Source: Candidatus Obscuribacterales bacterium (lineage in GTDB: Bacteria > Cyanobacteriota > Vampirovibrionia > Obscuribacterales > Obscuribacteraceae). From it: a stretch of 64,000 nucleotides of DNA. Below, one piece after another: positions 37,531 to 49,500 of the stretch. Under the pieces are notes generated by a model. It was not told where the DNA came from. It was given only the letters and a program-made list of their open reading frames with translations, and made no database searches. The position numbers and the translations under genes were made by a program. The stretch is taken from positions 640,001 through 704,000 of the forward strand of contig CBDDIJ010000005.1 in assembly GCA_965228855.1 (NCBI GenBank), written 5' to 3'. Each line of letters opens with the position of its first letter. The first letter of the stretch is position 1.

Positions 37531-40500
37531 TTACCAGTTGAGCGCAACTGTTTTCGGCTTGGTGTGGAATTCGTAAGCGGTTCCGTTCTGACCGAGTTGC
37601 AACACGATTGCAGAGGTTTTAACTACCTTCGCTGCGACTTTCTGAGCTTCTGGATGCTTGGAGCTTAGCAACGCCTTGAGCGGTTTCAGCACTTGAATTG
37701 CGCCTGGCAGCGAGAATTCAGTAGTGAAGGCTTTGCGCCCGTTGCCCATGTCGTGATGACCGACGTTTCTGTGCATCATCGCTTCGATTGCATTAACTTC
37801 AGCGAACTGAGCGCATTTATCGTTGGTCACGGTCACGTGTCTTCCCGGAGCCAATGGGATGCTTCTGCCGCCGACTTCAACTTCAACGCTTCTCTTATGA
37901 TGATCGTTTACATCGTAAACCGACAGGTGAGTTGCATCAGCGACAACCAGGGCGATCGCGCCGGCGGCCAACTTGACCGTTCCCTTTGGTGAAACGACAG
38001 TTGTATCCTTCGATGCAACGAAAAGAACACTGCCATGGTCCATCGTCACGCAATCCGAATGTGGCCTTGTTGAAACACCGTTTTCGCCAGCGGAGAAACC
38101 AAGTTCCATGTCGGTACAGAGTTGAACATCGAAGGTCATCGAACTTGGCGCGTTGGTCGTCATGTACGAATTATCCGCAGTCGTGCTTACCGCTCCAGCC
38201 AATCCGTTGGTTGAAGCCGTCGCCAGATTAGTGGCGGAGTCGCTTGAATTCAACAGATTGCTGCTTCCAAGCGAGTTGGTGGCGGTCATGTTGTTGAGGG
38301 AAACCAACTGCAATGCAGCGGTTGAAGCGACCGGTGCTGAGCTAATCAGCTCGGAAGCGAAAGCACTATCCGTGGTGGCGGCTGGAGAAGATGTGGTGGC
38401 ATCAGCTCCGTGCATTACGCCTTTGCCATAGCTGATGTAGACAGGAGTTCCCACCGGCACAGGCGGGTCGGCTGTCACGGTGACGCCGCCTCGAATCTCA
38501 ATGAGGTTGTTTCTCAAGTTATTGCTGACCAGAATATCAGCACCCTGCGCCGTGAATATGTTCTGAGGAGATAGACCCTTAGCCCGTCTTCCCGAGAAAC
38601 TGACAGTACCGCCGTTTTCGACAACAGTCGTGAACTTCGGTGTTTTGTTACCGCCCGGGGGAAGGATGCTCGGTCCGATCGCAATGGTGACGTCGCCCAG
38701 ACCGGCGATTTTGGCATTCGTGACAATGGTTGAACCGGTTCCAAGAATGAGCTTGGCTTTCTTATCACTGGTCGTATTGATCACGTTGATGCTGCTGAAG
38801 GCCGTCAGTGTGGTGTTGTCACCGATGGTGAGGAACCCGCCTGAACCCAGGACAGACAGGTCACCGTTGACCGAGGTCAGATCGCCCGTCACGGTGAGTG
38901 CGCCTGCTGATGCGAGGCTCAAATCGTTGCCGGCCGTTGATTCTGCGAAGTTCACGCCCACTGTTGATGCGCTGTTGATAAACACACTTCCGGTTGCAGC
39001 GAGTGCGTTACCGGAAATAGTGCCGATTCCGGCTGCAACATTGAATGGATTATTTTCATCGACGCCGATCGAACCGGTCACGGAGGTGAGCTTCAACGAA
39101 GGCGTCGTGAGCGTACCTGTGAGGTCGGCGTTTACGATGTTGTTGTTAGCAGTCAGAGTCAGGGTAGTGGTACCGGTCAGTGCACCGGTGAGAGCGAACT
39201 TGCCGCCGGTAGCGAGCACTGTATTTGCTGAGCTGGCAGTTCCAGCTCCGGTCAGATCACCGACAGTGAAGATATCCAGCGTGTTGGTGGCGATGCTGTT
39301 GCCGAGAACGACTGCACCGGCCAAGGTGTTGTTGACGAAGGCATTCTGCGCTGCTGCCACACGCATGTTGTTAGCGACGATCGTGAACCTGTTTGCAGAG
39401 TCGGTTCCAATCGCGCCAGCAGAGGAGAGAACGGCATTATTCGTTATGACCGACCCACCGAGCGTCGTTGTCATACCGCCTGAGGCAGTCAACGTCGCAG
39501 AGTTTGTCGCGGTAATATCGTTTGTAATACCGATCGTTCCAGCGGTGGCTGTAAGCGTGAGATCGTTGACGAGGAAGTCTGCGCTGGTTGTTATATTTCC
39601 AGCCGTCGAGTTCACCGTCAAGGCAGTTACGGCTTGCGAGCCGATCGTGATGTCGTTAGCTTCGTTGATGGTTAGCGTTCCAGCCGACAACGTCGTCAGT
39701 GACGCAACTGAAGTATTCAACGTTACCGGTCCGCTTCCGAATGAAACGCTCAATGCGTTACCTGAAACCGTTCCAGCCGTCTGCGTAATCGCTCCGTTCG
39801 AGTTGAAATCGACGGAGTTGTTACCGGTCAGAGCTGCACCGAGTTGGATGTTGCCCGTGGCCGAGATCAAGTCTACGTCGTTTGCTGTCGTGGCAGCGTT
39901 GATGACGATCGCATTGCCGGATGCGCTATTACCTGTCAATGTCAATTGATCGACATTGACGCCAGTGCCTTGAACGGTGATTGTTCCTCCTGCGTTGATG
40001 ACGACATCTTGTCCTACGCCGGCGACACCATTGAGGATGATGCCGTCAGCTTCGTTTAACAAAGTTATAGCGCCGCCGCCAGAGGTGTTCAACTCACCGA
40101 CGCTGGTGCTCGCGAATGTCGCGGTACCAACTCCCGTGTTGACAATCAATTTGTTCGAAGCAATCGAGGTGGCGACTCGCTGAGAAATATCGTCGCCGGC
40201 TCCGAGAGCTCCAAGAATGGTCACATCGCGACCTGGCGCGGTTATGTTACCTACAAGCACATCGCCATTGGTGGCAACACCGGTCGTGAATGAACCACCG
40301 GTTACAGCACCGTTCTGAACAAATATGGTGCCACTGATGACCGGTTTGGCGACCGCTATGTTTATGTTGCCGCTAGTGATACCACCCGTCGTATCGATGT
40401 CTCCAGTGAATACGCCTCCAGCTCCGATAATGCGAACCTGACCGCTGGTAGCGGTGCCGGATGTGTCAATGTTTCCGAGGTTCACGATACCAGCATTAGT

Positions 40501-43500
40501 GATTCCATTGTTCGCGATCGCAGTGACAGCACCTCCGTTGCCGTTGTTGCCAACGGTTAGAATGTTGACGGTACTCAGGTTGATGTTACCGCCCTGGGTG
40601 CTGAATCCGGTAATGGTGTAGGTATCAGCATTCTGGGTCTGACCAGGTGTTGTCGGAGTGAAGGTGACACCCGCCATCAAAGTCAAGTTGCCACCGTTTG
40701 TGGTGCCGGTCAAATCGATCAGAGTTGCTCCGGAAGTGTTGATGTTGCCGGACGCGATGATCGCGAATGGTCCACCGTTGAATATGATGTTACCGCTCAA
40801 ATTAACGTCGCCGGATCCATTGTTATTAGCGATGGTACCAGCGTCCGCGCAGTTGACGACGAGCGGATTACCAGAAAGTGAACCGGTAAGAATCAAGTCG
40901 CAGGCGTTGACAGTCAATTGATTTTGACCGACAACCGAAACACCGCCGTTAACCGTGAAGAAATTGTTGATACCGCCGAGGTCTTTGACAGTGAGGATGG
41001 CTTCGCCATTGCCGCCGAACGTGGTGTTGCCGGCGAAGGTCATGTCGCCTTCAAGCGTGTCAAAGGTGGTTCCGTTTTCAGAGTTGAAGAAACCGCCAGT
41101 ACCACTGATTGTGAGATTGCTTCCGGAGCCGGCTGTCGCGACCTCAATCGTATCGAAATCGAAAGTATTCGAATGAATGATGTTGCTCGTGGTCAGCTTC
41201 AAGTGCCCGGTACCATCGATGTCATCGAGGGTTTGAATTGTTCCGGTTAGCGCAGCTACTGAGAAGTTGTTGTTGCCGGTAGAGCCATCCAGGGAGATGG
41301 TGTTGGTTCCGGTGTATGTGATATTCACGTCGCCACCGACGGCTTCAGCGATTACCGTTATCGCGCCGGCACCCGTTCCAACGACACGAATAGGCAGTGC
41401 ACCAGTTCCGATACCACCGGCTGCGGAGAACATCGTCAACAGAGGAGTCGTTATTAAAGTTCCCGCTGTCTGCGTGATGCTTCCGTTTCCTGTCGAAGTG
41501 TCGAACGTGACAGCACCGGTCGCAGTGATGTTGTTGGAGATGTCGATATTTCCGGTGTCAGACGTGAGGACCAATGCCGTCAGGCTCAGGTCAGCGCCTG
41601 TCGTGATACTTCCGTTGGCGGAGTTTACATCTAAAACGTCAACGACTTGAGACAACAATTGAATGTTGTCGGCTTCAAGGACCGTGAGATCCGTTGCATC
41701 ACCGACAGTCGTTAGTTGGGCTACGTTGGTGGAAAGTGTCGCAGAAGCAGCGCCAAAGTCGACGGTCAGTAAACCACCGGACACAATGCCGGCGGTCTGT
41801 GTCAGCTCATCGCCTGCATTTAGCGAAACACCGGTAGCTCCCGCTACATCAGCGTTCAGAATTATATCGTCCCCTGCCGTGAGCGCTACGATCGGAGCGG
41901 TTACGTTCGAATTCACGGTGATATCTCCACCGGACAGAATTCCGAAAGCCACACCTGCAGCCGATGAACCACCGCCGAGCGTAATATTGTTGGCGTCCTC
42001 CACGAACACCGTTCCGGTAGCAGCATTTGCTCTGAGCACGTCAGCGTCGACATTGAGGAAGTCGAGGATGTCGCCTATGTTGCCGTTGGTCGAGGTCAGG
42101 TCAAGGAAGGCTGCCGGAATACCGATGCCGGAATTCAGACCGCCTGAAACGTTTGCGTCGAGAATACTGGCAGAGCTTGTCAGTTTTATCGAAGTTGTTC
42201 CAGTGACTGCGCCGTCAAGGTCGAAAGCTCCGCCTGTAGCAGTTAAATCTACATCCACGGCAGTGATGGTACCAGCTGCGGTGCTGTTTAGATTGATAGG
42301 AGCAACTGCGGTGAAACTGGTTCCAGCAGAGGATGCGCCGTTAAAAGTCATGGAATCGGTTGTGTCGCTCAGAGAGACGAAACCGAAAGCATTAGCGATT
42401 ACGTTGGTCAGATTCAACGAACTCAACGAAATATCGCCGGCAGTCGATTCGAAGTTGAAGTTGTCAGCGGTCAAACCGCCAACGACGTTTGCATCCAGAA
42501 TCGAATCGTTGGACGATAGCGCGATGGTCACCGCTTCCAGAGGAGCATTGACGTTTACTGAACCGCCAGTCGCTGTGAGTGACAGAGTGGTTCCAGCCGT
42601 GATTGCACCAGTGACGGTTACGCTGCCAGCGGCTGTGACAGTGAACGAAATTCCAGAAAGTGAACTGTCGGCACCGATCGAAATGTCGTTCGCATCCGCA
42701 AGGTTGACATAACCGTTGGCGGCGAGCGCACTAACCTGTGCAAAGTCGATGCTCGTGATGTCGATGTTGTTGGCGCTCGAAGCCAGGTTGATTTGAGGAG
42801 AGCTCAACCCGCCGACTACAGCAGCATTGTCTATAGTGCCGTTAGACGTAAGATTGATTTCGGCAAGACCCTGGACAGAACCAGCCAGAGTGAAGCTTCC
42901 ACCTAGAGCATTCAAGAACACAGTCGTACCGGAGATGCCGGCAGACGAAGTGAGGTCGGTGTTGGCAGTCAACTCAAAAGTGTCCTGCGCAGCCGAAGCA
43001 ACGTTGACATTAATGTTGTCGTCTCCAAGGTGACCGTCATCGGTGATGAAGACGCTGCCGGCCGGTGTATTGGCACCCAGATTGACGGCATCGATCTTCA
43101 GAGTATCGAGACCAGCTCCGATGTCACCGTTATCCGAAGTCAACACCAGATTGGCTACGGCGGCGGTACCGCCAGCTCCTGTCAAACCACCGGCGATGTT
43201 GGCGTTCAAAATGCTATCGAAGGAACGCAATGTGATTGTATCGACGGCTCTCACTTCGCCGTTCAACAGGAAGTCGCCATTTACCGCACGCAGGGTGACA
43301 TCATCTCCGGCACTGATCAGCCCGGAGCTGTGCAAGTTACCCGTAGCTACGATATCGATGCTGGCAGTCGCGGATGCGCTGTTAACGTCGAGGTCATCAG
43401 CATCTGCCACAAAGACACCACCGGCAGTGGCGGTCGCGATGAGGTTGTCGGTGTTGATGTCCAGACGATCTGCCGAGCCCGCTCCAATTTGTTGTGCAGT

Positions 43501-46500
43501 CAATATCAATGTCGGCGCATTCAATCCGCCGGCAATATTGGCGTCAATAATCAGGTTAGTGGTCGCTGTCAGAGCGATGCTGCTTGTGCCGGTTACCGCG
43601 CCATTGAGGGTGAAGAAGCCACCCGACGTCGTCAAATTGACCGCATTGGCGTCGATCGTACCAGCCACTGTGCTGGTGATGTTTCCAGTGGCGTTGAGGA
43701 GGAACACATCGAAGGCACCGGATGCACCATTGACGTTGATACCGCCCGCCGTATCACTGATAAACACGTTGGCGATTGGTGCGTTCGCGGTCAAGTTGAC
43801 AGCATCAATGCTCAGCGCCCCACCGACACCGAGAGCGCCGATTTCACCATTGTTTACCAGCAGGTTGAGCTGGTTGACGGCCCCACCTGAAGTGAACAAA
43901 CCACCTGCGATGCTTGAATTGAGAATTGAATCATTAGAAACGAGGTTGATCGTTTGCGCGTCGACAAAAGCATCAAGCACGAGCTTGCCACCAACTGCAG
44001 TCAGTGAAGCCGTTGTTCCGGCAGTCACCGTTCCACTGCTGGTCAGATCGACAGGAGCGCTTGCCGTGAAGAACGTTCCAGCGCTGCTTGCGCCGGGACC
44101 AAAGTTCATATTGCCCGTGGTATCAACCAGCGTGACGGAACCTGTCGCGTTCGCCACCACATTCGTGAAATCAACAGTCGTAATGTTGATGTCGTTCAAG
44201 CTGCTGAGATTGATATTCGGAGCGAACAATCCACCAGAAATTGACGCATCGCTTATTGTTGCGCCGGAGAACAAATTGATCGTGAGCGCAGTCACTGGTC
44301 CGTCAAGGACAAAGCTACCGGTCGACGTTGCATCTACGTCAAATGTGATTGTGCCACCCGCAAAGACAGCAGAATTGCTGGTCAAGTTACCGTTGGCAAT
44401 AGTTACGGTGATATCCCCGCCCGCTGATGTGTCGTCGACACCAAAATTGAAGCCATTCGCATCAGACAGGATGATGTCCCCGGAGGCGATTGCCGAAAGA
44501 TTAACGAAGTCAATCGTTGAGAGATTGATCGAATTCGAGAAACTGTTCAGATTAATCTGTGGGGCAGACACTCCACCAGTCACGCTGGCGTTCACAATCG
44601 AGTCGTCGGATCTCAGGGATACTGATGTTGTACCAGTGACCGAACCTGCAAGAGTCAAACCGCCACCAGTAGCCTCAAGGGCAACTACATCCGCGGCGAT
44701 CGCTCCGGAGCTGGAGAGATCATCGAAAGCAACAATGTCGATTGTCGATAAAGCAGTTGCACTGACAATGTTCGTCGAGAAGATATCGCGAACAAACGCA
44801 GAGCCGGCGGTAGCCGAAAGCGTGAGATTGTCGGAGTCGACGGTGAAGCGAGACGAATCGTCGGTTCCGATACTTCCCGTATTAGCATCGAGGGTAATGG
44901 TAGGTGCGATAACAGCACTTCCAACAACGTTTGTGATGTTGGTTTCCGCCAATAAATTGGCGGCGGTCGTCGCCGTCACATCAGAGCCGAGGTTGATTGC
45001 CCCAAGTTCAGAGGTGAGATTCACGGTGTCAGCCGAAATCGTGCCGGTGCTCGTGATATCTCCCGCAGTGGCAACGATGTTGAACGAGTTAAGCGCACTG
45101 CTTCCACCTGCATTATCGGCAAGATTGACGCCGTTTGCAGCCCGCACGAATACATCGCCGAAGCCGGCGTTAGCGGTGAGGTCAGTCACATCAACGTTCA
45201 GATAGTCGCCAGATGCACCGATGTCACCGCTGTACGACGTCAGATTGAGAGCCGGCGTCGACAAGCCACCAACTAGATTGGCGTTAAGAATATCGTCATC
45301 AGAAGCTATGCTGACGGCTGTGACTGCAGTGACCAGGTTATTCAACTGAACGAATGCAGAACCGGACGAAAGGTTGACTTCATCACCCGATAGAGGACCA
45401 TTGACAGTGACACCATTCTCGCCGTCCAGGCTGATGTCATCAGTCGTCGTGATGTTCTGAGTCGTCAACTGATTGTCCGCTTGCATAAACACCGGACCGC
45501 TGGCGTTCACGTTGCCGCCGGAATTGATGTCATTACCGGCGTAGATGTCTATAGATGTTCCAGAAGTGATGTCCGAAACGATAACATCGTTGTTGGCGAA
45601 GACAAACACGTCCGTGCCGGTGTTGAGTGCGCCGTTAACAGTTGCATCATTGCCTGCCACGATACTGATGGATGACGTCGCGGATGTGACGTCGCCGTTT
45701 GTGGTGATATCACTGCCATCGATACTGATCAAATCAACTGCGTTCAATACATCGAGCGTATCAACGTCTCCACCGGTGGAGCTGATGAACAGACCGAATC
45801 CGGAGTTAACAGAGCTGTTGACACTGATGTCACCGACTGCGGAGATGACCACATCCCCTGTATTCGTCGTTATGGCGCCGAGTGTGGTGAGTGTCGATTG
45901 AGAATCGATAGAGACGAGGTTACCGGCGGAAAGTGTATTTGAAGTCGTCACACCGTTGCCGCTGATATCGATGTCGACGCCGGCGGAAACCAATCCGGTT
46001 ATGTTGGCAGTTCCGACGTTCGCAGCCAGAATCACAGAGCCGGAGGTAGCGGAAACAGTTCCGAGAGTTTGAATCGAGTCTCCGGAAATCGTGGCGTCAC
46101 CACCGGCGGTGATGCCCTGGAACGTTGTAATGTTGCCGCCGGTCGCAAAGAGTGTGACATCACCAGCCGCGTTGACAGTGTCGAAAGTATTTATCGCGCC
46201 GTTCGCGGTCGCAAAAACATCACCATTAGCGGAAACCGGTCCACTCGTGGAGATCGAGCCGTTAGAGTCCAGATCGATATTATTGTCAGCCGTCAACGCT
46301 GCACTCGCCGTTAGAGTGGTGTTGGCTGATAGAGCAATATTGCCGCCAGCTGTGATGTCGTTCTGAACATCAATCGAATCGGCAGTGATATCGGTCGAGT
46401 TGCCGCTGTCGATTGTTCCGACATTGCTGAATGCTCCATCGGCAACAAGACCGATGTTGAACTGGGCAAACGAATTACCCAAAACGGTGACGTCGTTCAA

Positions 46501-49500
46501 ATCGTGGATGTAAGCAGAGCCGTTGGTGGCCGTGAAGGTCAAATTGTCAGCATCGATATCGAGGTCGTTCGAAACCGAACCAATATCTCCTGCTGTGGAG
46601 GTCAACTCAAGGTTGGCAACTGCGCCGCCGAAGCCGTTGCTCAAGCCACCCGAGATGCTGGTGTTGAGAATTGAGTTGGCGGATGTAAGCTTGATGCTGT
46701 TGGTACCAGCCACAGCTCCATCGAGATCAAAACCGCCTGCAGTGGCAGTGAGATTCACATCAGTAGCGAACACAGAGCCGGTGCTAGTCAGGTTGTTCGC
46801 AGCCGTGACTTCAAATGTCGAGAGGGCAGACGATGCGCCTGGTCCGAGGTTAACTGAGTTCGGATCGGAGAACCAGACGTTGCCATTTGCGGCGTTCAAC
46901 GTGACGCTCTGCGCATCAAGGTTCAACGGAAGCGCCGAATTCGTTCCTATATTTGCGAGCAACGAAGTCAGATTGATTCGAGGCGAAACCAGAGATGCTC
47001 CGAGGTCGACAGTTTGAATACTTTGACCGGCCGTGAGATTGATCGAAGTCAATCCTGTGATGACAGTACCGGCACCCAGAGTGAAGACACCGTTAGTGGC
47101 GGTCAAGTCAACAACGTTTGCAGTGATGTTGCTTGTGTTACTGATACCGAAATCAGCGGTTAATTTCAATGTTCCGAAAACGTTCGAGGCACCGCCGCCG
47201 AGATTGACAGAGTTCAAATCCGTCAGTGTTGCGCTGCCGTTTGGAGCAGTGATGCGGAGGTCGTCGACGTCAATGATGAGCGAGCTGACCGAGCCGATGT
47301 TGGCTAGGTCAGATTGAACGGAAAGAACGGGTGATGTTATCTGAGCCGTACCTTCGACATTGAAGCTGGCGCGCAGGTCGACTCCACTCACACCGGTGAT
47401 GGTGTTGAGAATATTGATGTTACCGCCTGACGAGCGCAGAGTGACGGTATCACCCGCGATGGCGCCCGAGTTACTCAGGGTGCCCTGAGCTAAAATGTTG
47501 AAGTCGCCTTGAACCGTGGCAGCAAGGAGGTTGACCTCGTCGATGTCCTGGACGTAAACCGAACCCAGCGGAGCGTCTACGTAGAGGTTATTTGCATCCA
47601 CGCGCACTCTTTGAGAGACCGAACCGATATCGGTGTTCTGTGATACCAGATTGACTGTGGGTGCCGAGACGAGAGAACCGACTCCGGCGCCGATGATGCC
47701 GTTGACAGAGGTAAAGTTGATTGTTCCGAAATTACTCGTCACGGAAGAGCCGGTCAGAGTCGTGATGGTGTCGGCATCAACGAACACATCTACGTTGGTC
47801 AGCGAGTTGCGCACGAAGGTGACGTTTGCGTCAACTCCGACTCCTGGTCCTGCGATCAAGCCGTTTCCTGACGCTATGGTTCCGTTGAGGTTGTAAACGA
47901 TGTTGCCACCGTTGGACGATATAGGCTGAGTTGTCGTGATGTTGATTTGGCCGGTGGAGGTGTTGCCACCGGTCGTGTTTATAAATCCGACGTTGACTGC
48001 ATTGCCATTTTGCAAACCAGCGATGATCGTGACATTACCATTGGCATCACCAGCCGTTCTGCCGCCGGTATTGATCGTCGTCGTTCCACCACCGATGTTG
48101 ACACGTCCGGAGCCGACGGTTCCGCCTTCAAATGCAGCGAGCAATACGTTGCCGCCCGCTCCGGCTGCGCCAGTTGAACGAGACGAGATCGTGACGTTAT
48201 TTCCGAGGAGGATGCTACCACCGGTAGCGGAAGCGAGCCCGGTAAGCGTTGTCCCTTGTGCGGTTCCTCCGCCGGGCAGAGTGGTGGAGTTCGTTCCAGC
48301 TACAAGTTGATCGGCGCCAGCTACGATTGTTATCGGGTAACCGGTCGCACCATCGCCAGCCGTGATAGTGATGTTGTTGACGCTGGATACGTTTCCACTG
48401 GCAATGATCGCCAGTTGTTCATTGACCGTAATGTTGCCGGCAATTGTGATATTCCCGCTATCATTTTTGAATGTTGGGTCGCCGGTCAGGCAAACTTCGC
48501 CAAGAACCAGCTCATCGGTTGAGGCGGTGACATGGGCTTCGGATCCCGTTTGATTCAAAACACCTGTCAGTTCGCCGACATGCGTTTGCATCACGCCGTT
48601 ACCAGCGTTCAAGTTCAATTCCTTCGAGAAGAAATCACCACCGGTAACGTTGGTGTTGAATGCGCCGGCATATTCTGAGTTTCTTACATTGATAGCGTTT
48701 GCAGCGGTGAAGGTACCGCCACCTGCATTGACATTCAACTCGGCTGTCGTGGGACCATCAATATTGATATCGCCCTTGAGCGATGTGACGGAGCCGGAAT
48801 TTAAAATGTTTGGTGCGTTGAGATTTACGTCACGCTTAGCGCTGACTTCAGACGCGTTTGTCAGGGTGTCGCCCGCGCTGAGTGTCAAATTGCCTTTGGA
48901 CGTTATGGTGCCATAGTTCGAGAGGTTGCCGCTAGCAAACAAGCCGAGGTCTGTTTCGGAGGATATAAGTGCTCCGGCTTGGTTGGTGATATCGTCGGCG
49001 CGAATTGCTCCACCATTTTTGTGGCTCGAATAGGTGTGAACAGTTCCGGCGTTAGTTAAGTCGCCCAAAAGTTTGAAATCTGAGCGTTTGCTGAAGTCAC
49101 CATATGTGGTGACGTTGACAGGAACAACGAGGTCGGATGCTCTCATCACGTCATTATTTGAGGTGATGCTGCCGAGATCGACTTCACCACCGATCGCCGA
49201 ACCGGAATTGTCGATTGTGATTTTCTGAGAGTTGCCAGAAAGGATTTGTTTAACGGCGATATACTCCGCCGCGCTCACTTGCGAACCAGCCTGAACTGTT
49301 TTGGTTTCGCCGCCGACGTTGATTTCAACTGCGGAAACCTTGCCGAACAGATTATTACCGAGCGTGATGTTGCGCGTCGTGGAAGTGAGGTCGAGACTCA
49401 CACCACCGCGTATATTGACAAGATTACTATCGACTTGCTGAATCGACTGATTGATAACACCTTGACGTTCGAGACGTTTTTCAATCCGCCTTGTAGTACC